Sequence record: OZ240615.1
Length of the DNA: 64,000 nucleotides
Direction: 5' to 3' (one strand)
A program made the position numbers and the translations under genes. Shown one piece after another: positions 38,530 through 47,580 of the stretch. How positions within the stretch are numbered: the stretch's first letter is position 1; each line of letters opens with the position of its first letter. Under the pieces are notes generated by a model that worked only from the letters and a program-made list of their open reading frames with translations, made no database searches and was not told the origin of the DNA.

Positions 38530-39360
38530 ATGGTATTGCAAAAAGTCATTTCAGATATTCGCTTTAATATCCCAAAAGAAGTCTTGGAAATCGCTTTCCT
38601 CGGAGACTTGGGGTTAGAGCGGCGGAAACCGGGCGCCCTTGACTGGGAGATTCGGAACAAAATTATCGATGCTAAAGTTCGCCCTGACTGTAATTTATTA
38701 GGGGCTTTAGAAATGAATATCCCATTAGCCAACGCGGAAGTCATCTACGACGCTACTGGACTGTACCGTAATACCGTTCGTATACCTAAGTCACTCACTC
38801 AAGGTAGAAGTATTGTTAGCGTTTCTTATTTTAACTATTACTACTACACTGGCGCTATCGGTCAAGTCGGCGGATACATGGCCAATAACTTTTCCAGTAA
38901 TACCTGCGGCAATTCCCCGATGATGGCGCAAGCATCTCGTATATTGCAATCTGCGGCCAACTCCGATTCCACAGGGACAGCAGCTGTTCGTCTTATTGGG
39001 GAAAACACGATCGTTGTTAATGACTACATTGGGTCATTACTTCAAGGGTCGTTGGTTTGTCTTGTTAGCCATGATTCTGAAATGAACTCGATCGGTCCTA
39101 AAGCGGTTCCTCAGTTCTCCAAACTCTGCCAATTAGCTTGTAAAGCATATATCTACAATACTTTAAAAGTTAAACTCAACGGAGCTTACTTAGCCGGCGG
39201 CGCCGAACTGGGGGAAATACAAAACTTTGTTGATAGTTACTCGGATGCTGCGGAGCAATACGAGGAGTATTTCCGTGAAGAGTGGTCGGCGGTTCAGTTT
39301 GCAAATGACGACACACGTAATTCCTGGTACTTACGTAACCTGATCGGCGGCGGCGCATAA
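38530..39360 (+). CDS. conserved virion structural protein (head/neck candidate)
   Basis: IRFNIPKEVLEIAF, KAYIYN, GAELG...VDSYSDA...Y; divergent from phuZ. Confidence 0.7.
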   Translation: MVLQKVISDIRFNIPKEVLEIAFLGDLGLERRKPGALDWEIRNKIIDAKVRPDCNLLGALEMNIPLANAEVIYDATGLYRNTVRIPKSLTQGRSIVSVSYFNYYYYTGAIGQVGGYMANNFSSNTCGNSPMMAQASRILQSAANSDSTGTAAVRLIGENTIVVNDYIGSLLQGSLVCLVSHDSEMNSIGPKAVPQFSKLCQLACKAYIYNTLKVKLNGAYLAGGAELGEIQNFVDSYSDAAEQYEEYFREEWSAVQFANDDTRNSWYLRNLIGGGA

Positions 39361-39369
39361 GCGATTATA

Positions 39370-39400
39370 AGACTGGGAGTGACTTAGTCACTCCCAGTCT
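39370..39400. terminator. hairpin between convergent genes
   Basis: agactgggagtgact-t-agtcactcccagtct. Confidence 0.75.
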
Positions 39401-39404
39401 GTAT

Positions 39405-40238
39405 TCAGTGGCACCTTATAACTACGCAGTCCGCATCAAGATCTATTACCGCTGTGGCATCATTCTCTTTGTCAGTGATCGATAGCCGGTACGTTTCCAC
39501 TGCATTGATATCCTGCATCAAACGATTGGTGTAACTGGTTTCTTCTATTTCCGTCACACCCACTACAAAACTGTAACCGCTCACTGCCCCATAGCACATG
39601 GCCAAGATTGACCCTACTACATAATTCCACTCGTCCAGCTTCCAATCGCCGTGGCTGTAAACGGAAAAGAGAATGCGCGTATTCGTTTCATTCTCGATCA
39701 GTAAGAAAGCATCTTTACCAATGAAATGAGGGCTTTCCAGACTGACTACTTGTACGTATAAGAGCGAGACCCCGGTTAAAGAATCCCTGACTTCAAATCC
39801 GTCCTCTATATTCCAGAAGACAAAATAGTCTTTATTGTTCTTCGCCATCATTTCGTAGTAAGTGATCACTCCATCCTCGTCGAAATAAGGACGAACGTAC
39901 ACCTCTTCGTTACGTAATGGGAAAACCGACCCCTCAGTAATCTCCTTGACTTGGAAAACGCTTACGATAATCGCGCTTTCGGGTAGGACGCCCATATCTG
40001 TTAATAGTACGGAAATTTCCAATAGGGACAGAGATTCAGTATCTATTCCATCGACGTCTTCAAGGTGTAAAGTCCATACTGAGCTGGTGCTGTCAGGAAA
40101 ACTCAACGTGATTAAAATGGTATTTGCCCGGAGCGAATCTTTAGTGGGTTGTCCGTTGATACGGACAACCGCCCCTTTCTTTTCTTTTTCTTCATCGACT
40201 GCATCAGTACTTATCTCGGTTTCGCTCATCGCCTGCAT
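39405..40238 (-). CDS. acidic hypothetical protein
   Basis: 277-aa ORF. Confidence 0.7.
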   Translation of the reverse strand: MQAMSETEISTDAVDEEKEKKGAVVRINGQPTKDSLRANTILITLSFPDSTSSVWTLHLEDVDGIDTESLSLLEISVLLTDMGVLPESAIIVSVFQVKEITEGSVFPLRNEEVYVRPYFDEDGVITYYEMMAKNNKDYFVFWNIEDGFEVRDSLTGVSLLYVQVVSLESPHFIGKDAFLLIENETNTRILFSVYSHGDWKLDEWNYVVGSILAMCYGAVSGYSFVVGVTEIEETSYTNRLMQDINAVETYRLSITDKENDATAVIDLDADCVVIRCH

Positions 40239-40266
40239 AACTACCCCTCAGAGAAAGAAACGTAAA

Positions 40267-40725
40267 TCAATTCACGACCGTTTGTAACACCGCGCTATCA
40301 CGCACGCTTTCGAAATAAGTTAATAATGCGCTACTGTCTGGGTTAGCGATTTGAAAGTTATTCAGGGTATCCTGGAAACCTGCTGAGAAATTACCTAACT
40401 CATCAATAACCAGAAGCTCATTCAACATCCACCAATAACGCCCTTTAATTCGGGCGATAGCGGGTTGCCCCCAAATTAAACCTTTCATTTCAAAATTATA
40501 ATGAAGTAAAAGGTTTTCCTCTACTTGATTTAAGAGGGTTCGAATAGGCCCAGCTTCTTTATTCTTCCTGAGAATACGGTAAACCACTAACTTACCGTCA
40601 ATAAATAAAACCACGCAGTGACGAATATTTTTAGCCGTCAAAGAAAGTGTCAATAAAACATCCGTGTCGTTGGTTAACGAAAGATCAAGAAGTTGGCCAT
40701 CGGTAAAACGAACAATAGTTGTCAT
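40267..40725 (-). CDS. hypothetical protein
   Basis: 152-aa ORF with GGAGG SD. Confidence 0.7.
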   Translation of the reverse strand: MTTIVRFTDGQLLDLSLTNDTDVLLTLSLTAKNIRHCVVLFIDGKLVVYRILRKNKEAGPIRTLLNQVEENLLLHYNFEMKGLIWGQPAIARIKGRYWWMLNELLVIDELGNFSAGFQDTLNNFQIANPDSSALLTYFESVRDSAVLQTVVN

Positions 40726-40753
40726 CTACGCCTCCGGTGGCCGAAAATTGTAA

Positions 40754-41386
40754 TTAGATTAGGTTCCAGCGTTTTTCCATCAATTCGCTAATACGATTTT
40801 TAATCTCGTTACTTTTAATCCAAGGCGGATTAATGAGGTCAGAGATAACGATCCCGATTTTAGGAAGGTTTTTCAGTAGGGCGGTAATTTGCCCCGGTCG
40901 TAACCCTTCTACTGGAGTATTGATGTCCAGCTTACAATAATAGCCGAAGTCATTTAACTCCTTGTCGAAATACCAGTCCAGTTCCCCGACAAAACCATTC
41001 CCTAAATCCACCGCGTAACGTCTTTTCTGATAAAGGCGTTCTCCGAAAGGTAACGCCATTTCATATTCTTCCTGAGTGATAACCTTTTCCAATTCGATAC
41101 AACGAGAAGTTAGGGTATTAGGATCATACGGCAGTCGGTATTTTGTCGCCGCCTCGTAAAGTGTCACATTTGCTGAATTTTCTAAATCACCGTTAAAAGT
41201 TTCAGTACGACGAACACGTACCGTCAGACGTGTGTTATTTTGCGTCATCGCATTCGTTTCAGATTGCGTGATTTGTAAATAATTTGTCTTGACATCCTTT
41301 AATCGGAGATAGGAAGCATCATCGAGTTTAAAGAAGATGGCTACCTCGTTTTCGTTACTTTTCTTCTTCCCCATCATGATTCTCAT
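40754..41386 (-). CDS. CYTH-like triphosphate tunnel metalloenzyme
   Basis: ENEVAIFFK, VRVRR, ATK, IELEKVI, KRRY, GELDWY in CYTH order. Confidence 0.7.
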   Translation of the reverse strand: MRIMMGKKKSNENEVAIFFKLDDASYLRLKDVKTNYLQITQSETNAMTQNNTRLTVRVRRTETFNGDLENSANVTLYEAATKYRLPYDPNTLTSRCIELEKVITQEEYEMALPFGERLYQKRRYAVDLGNGFVGELDWYFDKELNDFGYYCKLDINTPVEGLRPGQITALLKNLPKIGIVISDLINPPWIKSNEIKNRISELMEKRWNLI

Positions 41387-41882
41387 TGATCAAATAAGCT
41401 TCGTACTCAACGTTCAATTTTGTCAGTAGACGCGGAACAATAGCTTCAATTAATAAGGTCACTGACAAAGGATCAAAAAGCGGATCTTTTGTCAGCAGTG
41501 CATAAATAACGTCAGCGAAGGAACTCTTCTCAATTCTGCTGCGAATATTCGCCCCATCACTCAAACGGGTATTTGAAATGTCTATTCCGGTTATACGTAA
41601 TCTTCCGTTCTCAGAGATAGATAGGGACAAAAAAGAAAGACGCTCCAGTAACCAAGGCAGGTACGCGCTGCGTACCTGCCTATCGACAATCTTCATTTCC
41701 TCCACTTCAAAAATCAAAGGGAAATCAAACTGCTCTGCTTTGACTGGGCAATAACCCCTCGCCTCCTTCTTCACAAATACATCAGAAAGGGTTTGATTGC
41801 GATTGCCCAGAAAGCCGCTAAAACGCAGCGGCTTTTTCAGAATTTCCATGGTAGGGAGGACTACGAGACTCTGCGTTTTCAT
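41355..41882 (-). CDS. hypothetical protein
   Basis: 175-aa ORF. Confidence 0.7.
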   Translation of the reverse strand: MKTQSLVVLPTMEILKKPLRFSGFLGNRNQTLSDVFVKKEARGYCPVKAEQFDFPLIFEVEEMKIVDRQVRSAYLPWLLERLSFLSLSISENGRLRITGIDISNTRLSDGANIRSRIEKSSFADVIYALLTKDPLFDPLSVTLLIEAIVPRLLTKLNVEYEAYLINENHDGEEEK

Positions 41883-41942
41883 GACAGTTCCTTTTTAACG
41901 TATTCAGACAAAAAGTTCATTATCAATAGACGCAGGATTAAT

Positions 41943-42497
41943 TTAAGAATACATCGCGATCAGTTTTTCTACAGGGGTAGACTCGAGCAGGTATTTCGCA
42001 ATAGGCGCCGCCTTAAGTTGCAGCTCCAGTCTTGTGGGTAACGTAATCTTCTTCCTGATTTGACAACAATCAGTATCGAATGACGCGTAAAGGACAATCT
42101 TTCCGAGCTCGATACGAAGCCCCGCATTAATCGGTTTGATTGGAAGGTTACTTACGTGAGGGAGCGTATTCCATTGATCAACAAACCCTCGGACATTTAA
42201 GGTATATCCATTATCCGACGTTAAACGCTCAATATCGTGCCCCGTTATCGCAAGATAAAGATCGGCGATGTCTACGCCTAATTGCGTCATGCAAAAACGC
42301 CGACCAGGCTCTTTCATCGCGTATCGCAATACCAGTGTACAGTAATGCTCTTTGATGATATTAAATACATCAGTTTTCGCTTCACGCGTTTTAAACGACG
42401 TGACTAATGACCCATAATGACGCAACTCATGAATCACTACGCCCTGAGTGACGTAACTCTTCGCACGTAATTTCCCGATATCAACGTTATAGTACAT
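41943..42497 (-). CDS. hypothetical protein
   Basis: 184-aa ORF. Confidence 0.7.
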   Translation of the reverse strand: MYYNVDIGKLRAKSYVTQGVVIHELRHYGSLVTSFKTREAKTDVFNIIKEHYCTLVLRYAMKEPGRRFCMTQLGVDIADLYLAITGHDIERLTSDNGYTLNVRGFVDQWNTLPHVSNLPIKPINAGLRIELGKIVLYASFDTDCCQIRKKITLPTRLELQLKAAPIAKYLLESTPVEKLIAMYS

Positions 42498-42515
42498 GTG
42501 GGTTCCTTTTATCGT

Positions 42516-42989
42516 TTAAGCAAAAGCAAAACAAGGAGTGCCGTTAAGGGTGAATGTATTCTCAACGACAGTCCGAATGATTTTTTCATCCAGATCAGCG
42601 CGACACGTCGGTGACGTGATTCGACGTTTATTTAAGCCGTGAATTACCAGTCCCGGGTCGAGGTCGAATGAAAGATAATCGATCTTTTCTTTTTCATCCT
42701 CTAACCACCGGTATTCGTAGTCATATTTTCTCTCGTCGTACTTAACAGGGTGCCGAGAGGTAATCCTGAATGTCCTCCCAGTAAAGCCATCCTGAAAGGT
42801 GTTGTAGAGCTTAAAGATTTCCGTTCTGGCTGTTTCAGGACTGGTCGACTTGTAGTTGTTGGGGTTAAGGTCAGCTAATAGACGACCGCCTGCTGCGATG
42901 ATGATGTGACCTTTGTGGATAGTGATTATTTTACCGTCGTCGGTCCGTTGCTGCAGACCGCCACATCCTGTTAATTCAAATGTAATCAC
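42516..42989 (-). CDS. hypothetical protein
   Basis: 157-aa ORF. Confidence 0.7.
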   Translation of the reverse strand: MITFELTGCGGLQQRTDDGKIITIHKGHIIIAAGGRLLADLNPNNYKSTSPETARTEIFKLYNTFQDGFTGRTFRITSRHPVKYDERKYDYEYRWLEDEKEKIDYLSFDLDPGLVIHGLNKRRITSPTCRADLDEKIIRTVVENTFTLNGTPCFAFA

Positions 42990-43494
42990 TTAATAACCCT
43001 CTAATAAGCTTGAATAGTTCTGGTTGATATCCAACTCCCTCGATTACGTCTGAGGGACTGAGGAGGTAAAATTTATTTACTTCGTCTTCTTGCCAGAGAA
43101 TATGGTCACGATAATCTAATAAACCATCCGGATAGAGTACGTCGTAATACTTCTCCCCAACCTTCAGTAAAGAGTGGGCAAAGTTCAATTCAGTCGGCAG
43201 GTTACTGTCGTAATAAACCTCCTGGAAATAAAATAAACATACCTCAGGGGAATCGGTACAAAGCTCGACTCCTAGATCAGTAACAGCCAGACAACACCCA
43301 GAATAAACTTCACCACAACCTTGATCGACCGAGGCATAGATCCAGATCGCGAAGTCGTCATCCGCTCGAAACGAAAGTTCTTCAGCACGCCTTCTCATCC
43401 AATCGGCAGTGAACTCATCGACATCTAAACTGTTTACCAAGAAAAAGTCTTTGTAGACTTTTCGCACTAAGTGTAAATACTCTGATACGGTCAT
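42976..43494 (-). CDS. hypothetical protein, possible transglutaminase/papain-like Cys-His-Asp enzyme
   Basis: QGCGEV...FAHSLLKVGEKYYDVLYPDG. Confidence 0.55.
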   Translation of the reverse strand: MTVSEYLHLVRKVYKDFFLVNSLDVDEFTADWMRRRAEELSFRADDDFAIWIYASVDQGCGEVYSGCCLAVTDLGVELCTDSPEVCLFYFQEVYYDSNLPTELNFAHSLLKVGEKYYDVLYPDGLLDYRDHILWQEDEVNKFYLLSPSDVIEGVGYQPELFKLIRGLLSDYI

Positions 43495-43495
43495 G

Positions 43496-43837
43496 TTATT
43501 CTATTCTGTCAGTATAATTACCATACCACCATCCGTCAGGGGCAAGAGTGGGTATCACTCGACTTCCGCCTTCTGTTGGAATCCAGTCCAGATTGAAGAC
43601 CAGCTTAGAGGGCCAAGACGCTTCGTTAGCCCGTACCTTTCTTCCGACCGGTTCTTCTAATGGGTAAAAACGAAATCGAAACATCTCTTTATTTTCTAGT
43701 TTTTCAATCACCACCTTTGCATCTGCCCAGCGCTTTCCTTTTCGAATCGCCCGTGAAAAGGTCGCCGTAATTACTTTACCCTTGCGACGAAATTTCACAC
43801 AGGGTGTGGTTTTAATTATGCTAATAGGTAATGCCAT
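43496..43837 (-). CDS. basic hypothetical protein
   Basis: 113-aa K/R-rich ORF, SD AAGGAG. Confidence 0.7.
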   Translation of the reverse strand: MALPISIIKTTPCVKFRRKGKVITATFSRAIRKGKRWADAKVVIEKLENKEMFRFRFYPLEEPVGRKVRANEASWPSKLVFNLDWIPTEGGSRVIPTLAPDGWWYGNYTDRIE

Positions 43838-43866
43838 TAGAAAATCTCTCCTTAAAAATTATAGAA

Positions 43867-43894
43867 CCTCTAGAGACGCGTCCGTCTCTAGAGG
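43867..43894 (-). terminator. hairpin after transglycosylase
   Basis: cctctagagacg-cgtc-cgtctctagagg. Confidence 0.6.
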
Positions 43895-43906
43895 GGAGTA
43901 TTTTAT

Positions 43907-44587
43907 TCAGCGATGTGAATGGTTATCCGCAATAGTTATTGGCAGTTGATTTTGGAACGCGTATAGCGTGACTTCCTGCTTATAAGCCTTGCGATGATTT
44001 GAAACGACGGTGTTGACGTATTGCTTGAATCCGGCAACTGTGCGGGGTTTACCTTTTTCAGTGTAGAAGAATGCGCGATTACCTGCTGCACCTCCTGCCA
44101 CCCTTACCGCTAACCGATCGTTTCTTGCCTTCAGTATTTTCACTGCACCGCCGGGTCCTAACAGATGGGCCATGTAGATTTCATTGATCCCGACCTGACG
44201 TTGCAGTGAACGCTCTAAAAACTCTTTGTTCTCCTTCATGTACGCAACAGCCATCAAGGTATTTGCGCGCGGATTTTTAACACTGGTTCCGGGTTTAACC
44301 CCGTATTCTTTACCGTACTTCTTAACCGTGGTACGCCACGTTCGATCCGTGAATCCGAATAACCCCTTTGCTGAACTTCGTTTATTTTTCATACCCGCGC
44401 CCATTGTACTTTCAATGGATGCCATGGTAACCAGATCAATCATTTTGACATCGGTTTTTTGAGAGACTCGATATAAGGTATCGCTATGCTTTGCAAAGCC
44501 TACGCTATTGGTCGAGACAGATGCGGTTGCTGAGGTAGCGAAAACGCTAACGACGCAAAGGACAAGCGCCCAGAAATAGTTTGGCAT
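43907..44587 (-). CDS. SLT-family lytic transglycosylase (phiKZ gp144-like catalytic domain) with N-terminal signal peptide
   Basis: ASIES catalytic Glu, SSAKGLFGF, IYMAHLLGPGGA; hydrophobic N-terminus ending SATA-S. Confidence 0.88.
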   Translation of the reverse strand: MPNYFWALVLCVVSVFATSATASVSTNSVGFAKHSDTLYRVSQKTDVKMIDLVTMASIESTMGAGMKNKRSSAKGLFGFTDRTWRTTVKKYGKEYGVKPGTSVKNPRANTLMAVAYMKENKEFLERSLQRQVGINEIYMAHLLGPGGAVKILKARNDRLAVRVAGGAAGNRAFFYTEKGKPRTVAGFKQYVNTVVSNHRKAYKQEVTLYAFQNQLPITIADNHSHR

Positions 44588-44681
44588 TTCTAAAGTTTCC
44601 TATTCAAATCAAAAGAAAGTCGAGGTGACCAAGTTACGTATCTCAACGTAACCCATCGAACCCCGACTATAGGAAAGTGTC

Positions 44682-45347
44682 TTAATGAACACTTCCAACC
44701 CGCTCTTTCATCAGCGGGAATTCCAAATTAGTTCTGAAGTCAGTAATTTCGTGATCGAAGAAACTAACATAGACGCGCTGAGTATCTAAGAGATTCCCAA
44801 CCACAAAACGATAACTCCCGAGACGAATATGTTCTGCAACAATGCTGAATGCATAGAGGAGCTCGCCTGGGTTGAATGGCGTGCTGTTAGAGGCAGCGAC
44901 ATTGAAAGGGACTTCGCTCGCCACTTCAGCAGCCACGAACACTTTACCTTCACCCCGGTGCCACCATGCGTATTTCCCTTGCCCGTCTTTTACAGTTAAC
45001 AGTACGGAAGGGTTTTCCGGGCGACTGAGATCAATCGCAATTTGTTGAACGGACGGGAACGTCGCGCATAGTTCAAAAAGATACCAAAAAAGGTCTTTGT
45101 GCGCTTCACCTACCGCTTCATTCAACTGCTCAATTTCCGTCGCTGAACCGTATTGCCCAATAACACTACTGAACACAACGGGCTCATCTGTTAAGTTCTG
45201 ACCGGGGTGCGATACACCCTCAAAGACCTGTTCTTCATTTGCGCTGATCGGAACGGTTAACGAAAGGAGATTGTTTGATTTATCGTGAGTAAAGGTACCT
45301 GCTTGATAAATACGAATAACCGGTTTGCTCATTGTTTCTATTCTCAC
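44682..45347 (-). CDS. hypothetical protein
   Basis: probable start MSKPV (45332). Confidence 0.7.
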   Translation of the reverse strand: MRIETMSKPVIRIYQAGTFTHDKSNNLLSLTVPISANEEQVFEGVSHPGQNLTDEPVVFSSVIGQYGSATEIEQLNEAVGEAHKDLFWYLFELCATFPSVQQIAIDLSRPENPSVLLTVKDGQGKYAWWHRGEGKVFVAAEVASEVPFNVAASNSTPFNPGELLYAFSIVAEHIRLGSYRFVVGNLLDTQRVYVSFFDHEITDFRTNLEFPLMKERVGSVH

Positions 45348-45542
45348 TCAGTGAAGAAAAAGGAAGTACAAAAGAAGAGACTACTTCGTTAAATTCAAAA
45401 TAAAAGGTCAAGGTCAACTACTTCACCGCTGTACTCTTAAAGAGTACAGCTCTAAGGATGGTGACTACGTCACCTAATACGCACAGGGCTTCGCCGTGCG
45501 AACGTCAACATAAATAAGTTTAAATAATTAAAAAATGATAAA

Positions 45543-45953
45543 CTACTTCTCGTAAAGCGCAATCACTTTCAGGATCTCACTGACCATGGAAGTAGGCAAC
45601 TTAAAATCGTTGTTAATCATTTTTTCTTTGAACAAGCGAACATCCTTATTTCCTCGATCGACAATCAGACCAAAATGCCCATTAAGCCACTCCAGTTTAG
45701 GATTTTTGAGTAGCCGCTTTAGTAACCGTTGTTCCGGTTCGTTAAGTTCCGAAAAGGTTTTTCGTGCTTTAGTGCGGATAAAGAGCGGCCGCCGGCCGGG
45801 GTCAGACAGATACTCAGTTAGGAAATCGAAAAGTCCATTCTCTGATAGATGTTTTTCTTCGTGACGGTATTCGATAATTTCATCGACACGATCGGGTCTT
45901 AATCCAAAAGTCCGCAGAAACATTCTCGCGACATCGTAATGGCGTGCTGGCAT
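45543..45953 (-). CDS. hypothetical early protein
   Basis: 136 aa, directly after an early promoter, SD AGGAG. Confidence 0.7.
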   Translation of the reverse strand: MPARHYDVARMFLRTFGLRPDRVDEIIEYRHEEKHLSENGLFDFLTEYLSDPGRRPLFIRTKARKTFSELNEPEQRLLKRLLKNPKLEWLNGHFGLIVDRGNKDVRLFKEKMINNDFKLPTSMVSEILKVIALYEK

Positions 45954-45989
45954 ATTTTTTTCTCCTGTTCATTAGGGTGATTCAATAAG

Positions 45990-46017
45990 GTGATATAGTT
46001 CTCTAAATAATTCGAAA
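45990..46017 (-). promoter_or_regulatory. putative early promoter
   Basis: TTTCGA-N14-TATATCAC. Confidence 0.75.
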
Positions 46018-46022
46018 CAAAA

Positions 46023-46052
46023 AAAAAGAAGGAGGAAAACCTCCTTCTTTTT
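46023..46052 (-). terminator. intrinsic terminator
   Basis: aaaaagaaggagg-aaaa-cctccttcttttt. Confidence 0.8.
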
Positions 46053-46416
46053 ACACTATAGGCAAGAAAGAAAGAAGGCGTTCTGTCACCACTAATGGCG
46101 GCTTACGTTTCTTCTCCAATTCCCTTTCCAAAAGAGCCCGCAATTTGATAGCCTGGATGCGGGTCAGTTCCCAAACAATTTCATTTCGGGTCACGCATTT
46201 CCAGAAGCCCCAAAAGGAATTTGTGGAAACGTATACGATTTCTTCATTATACGCTCTCAAACGATCAGAGAGCGTATTTAAACCCAGGGTCAATAAATGA
46301 CCCTGGGTACCGTTGTTATCGCCTAGACGATCATTGAGGGCGTTATAAAGCAACCTCATTTCTCTTGGGTCGATAACCAGATCTCGATAACCGAACACCT
46401 GATAGTCATTTGGCAT
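46051..46416 (-). CDS. hypothetical protein, paralog of 46406..46771
   Basis: LVIDPREMRLLYNAL / WELTRIQAIKLRALLE repeats. Confidence 0.7.
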   Translation of the reverse strand: MPNDYQVFGYRDLVIDPREMRLLYNALNDRLGDNNGTQGHLLTLGLNTLSDRLRAYNEEIVYVSTNSFWGFWKCVTRNEIVWELTRIQAIKLRALLERELEKKRKPPLVVTERLLSFLPIV

Positions 46417-46771
46417 TTTTATTCACCGACATCAAATGAATCTGTAAGTACCGAACCTGATCAAGGCTCAACGTCAAACGCTTGTTGGATTTTTTCGACA
46501 AGAATGCTTCTAGTCTCAATTGTAACCGGAAAGCCTGACTCCGGCGAAGTTGCCAGTAATGTTTTTGGCCCAGCCAAATGTTCAGCAAACCGTCGTCAAC
46601 GTTATAAACCCGCATGAGAATGTCTTCGCCGCGATTAGTCTCAATATCCGCTTCCAACGCATGATAAAGCTTCTTAGCGTAGTAACGGTTTAAAACTAAT
46701 TTAGGAGGGGTGGAGTTTTCTACCGGAAGTGAATCTTCCCATTCTTTTACAACGTTTTCAGTCATGTTCAT
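46406..46771 (-). CDS. hypothetical protein, paralog of 46051..46416
   Basis: LVLNRYYAKKLYHAL / WQLRRSQAFRLQLRLE repeats. Confidence 0.7.
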   Translation of the reverse strand: MNMTENVVKEWEDSLPVENSTPPKLVLNRYYAKKLYHALEADIETNRGEDILMRVYNVDDGLLNIWLGQKHYWQLRRSQAFRLQLRLEAFLSKKSNKRLTLSLDQVRYLQIHLMSVNKNAK

Positions 46772-46817
46772 TTTGGATCCCTTACATTAGAATTAGTTTA
46801 GAAGGACATAGGACGGG

Positions 46818-47207
46818 TTATGCAGCAACAGCCATTTTGGCGCGGATCTCAGAAGGAAAATCAAAGAAAATTTCTTTTCCTGGACGTAAAGCTTCTTGGC
46901 GAGAAGCTACTTCAATGCGCACTTTACCACGAATCTGAATACCGATACCAAGTTCGGTTTTATAAAACTCGATGTCCTGGTATTTATCGTTGGACGTTTC
47001 AATAGCGTTCAGTAAGAGCCATTTAATCTCACCTTTACGATTGAAGGAAAGGTCCTGTAGTTGGGAGTACAGAGGGAAGTATTCAGTTTCCAGCAATGTT
47101 TGTGCCGGAGTATCAACGAACTCAGTTTCGTGATAAAGTGCCCGCAATAAACCGGCGATACGTGCAGCAGTGATTGCGAGAGTTTGTTTTTCATTGAAAG
47201 TGATCAT
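46818..47207 (-). CDS. hypothetical protein
   Basis: 129-aa ORF. Confidence 0.7.
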   Translation of the reverse strand: MITFNEKQTLAITAARIAGLLRALYHETEFVDTPAQTLLETEYFPLYSQLQDLSFNRKGEIKWLLLNAIETSNDKYQDIEFYKTELGIGIQIRGKVRIEVASRQEALRPGKEIFFDFPSEIRAKMAVAA

Positions 47208-47247
47208 GTTAAATACTCCGGTAGAATGATTGAGGTGAAATGAAACC

Positions 47248-47580
47248 TTAGGAAATGTTTTTAACTAACCGTTTGAAGACGGCCGCATTGATAGTGAAGC
47301 AAACGATGCTCGCGGGTTCGACGTAATGATTGGTCAGCGTGAAGATGTAGTCGTCGTAGGTTTGCAATATCTTCAATGCCGCCTCGTAGACGCTATGGTC
47401 TGCTGTACGAACTAACACAACGGTGTTGTACGAATTCCCGGGTAGAAGAAGACGATCTCCCAGCGCGTTCGCGTCGTTGTGGGAAAAGATCAGTTCAATA
47501 CTGCGAACGTCGTTTGATTCGATGTCTTTGTCGAGAAATATCACGGAGTTCATTTTTGAAAAGCGCATGGTTAACCTCAA
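47248..47580 (-). CDS. hypothetical protein
   Basis: about 105-110-aa ORF abutting the upstream gene. Confidence 0.65.
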   Translation of the reverse strand: MRLTMRFSKMNSVIFLDKDIESNDVRSIELIFSHNDANALGDRLLLPGNSYNTVVLVRTADHSVYEAALKILQTYDDYIFTLTNHYVEPASIVCFTINAAVFKRLVKNIS

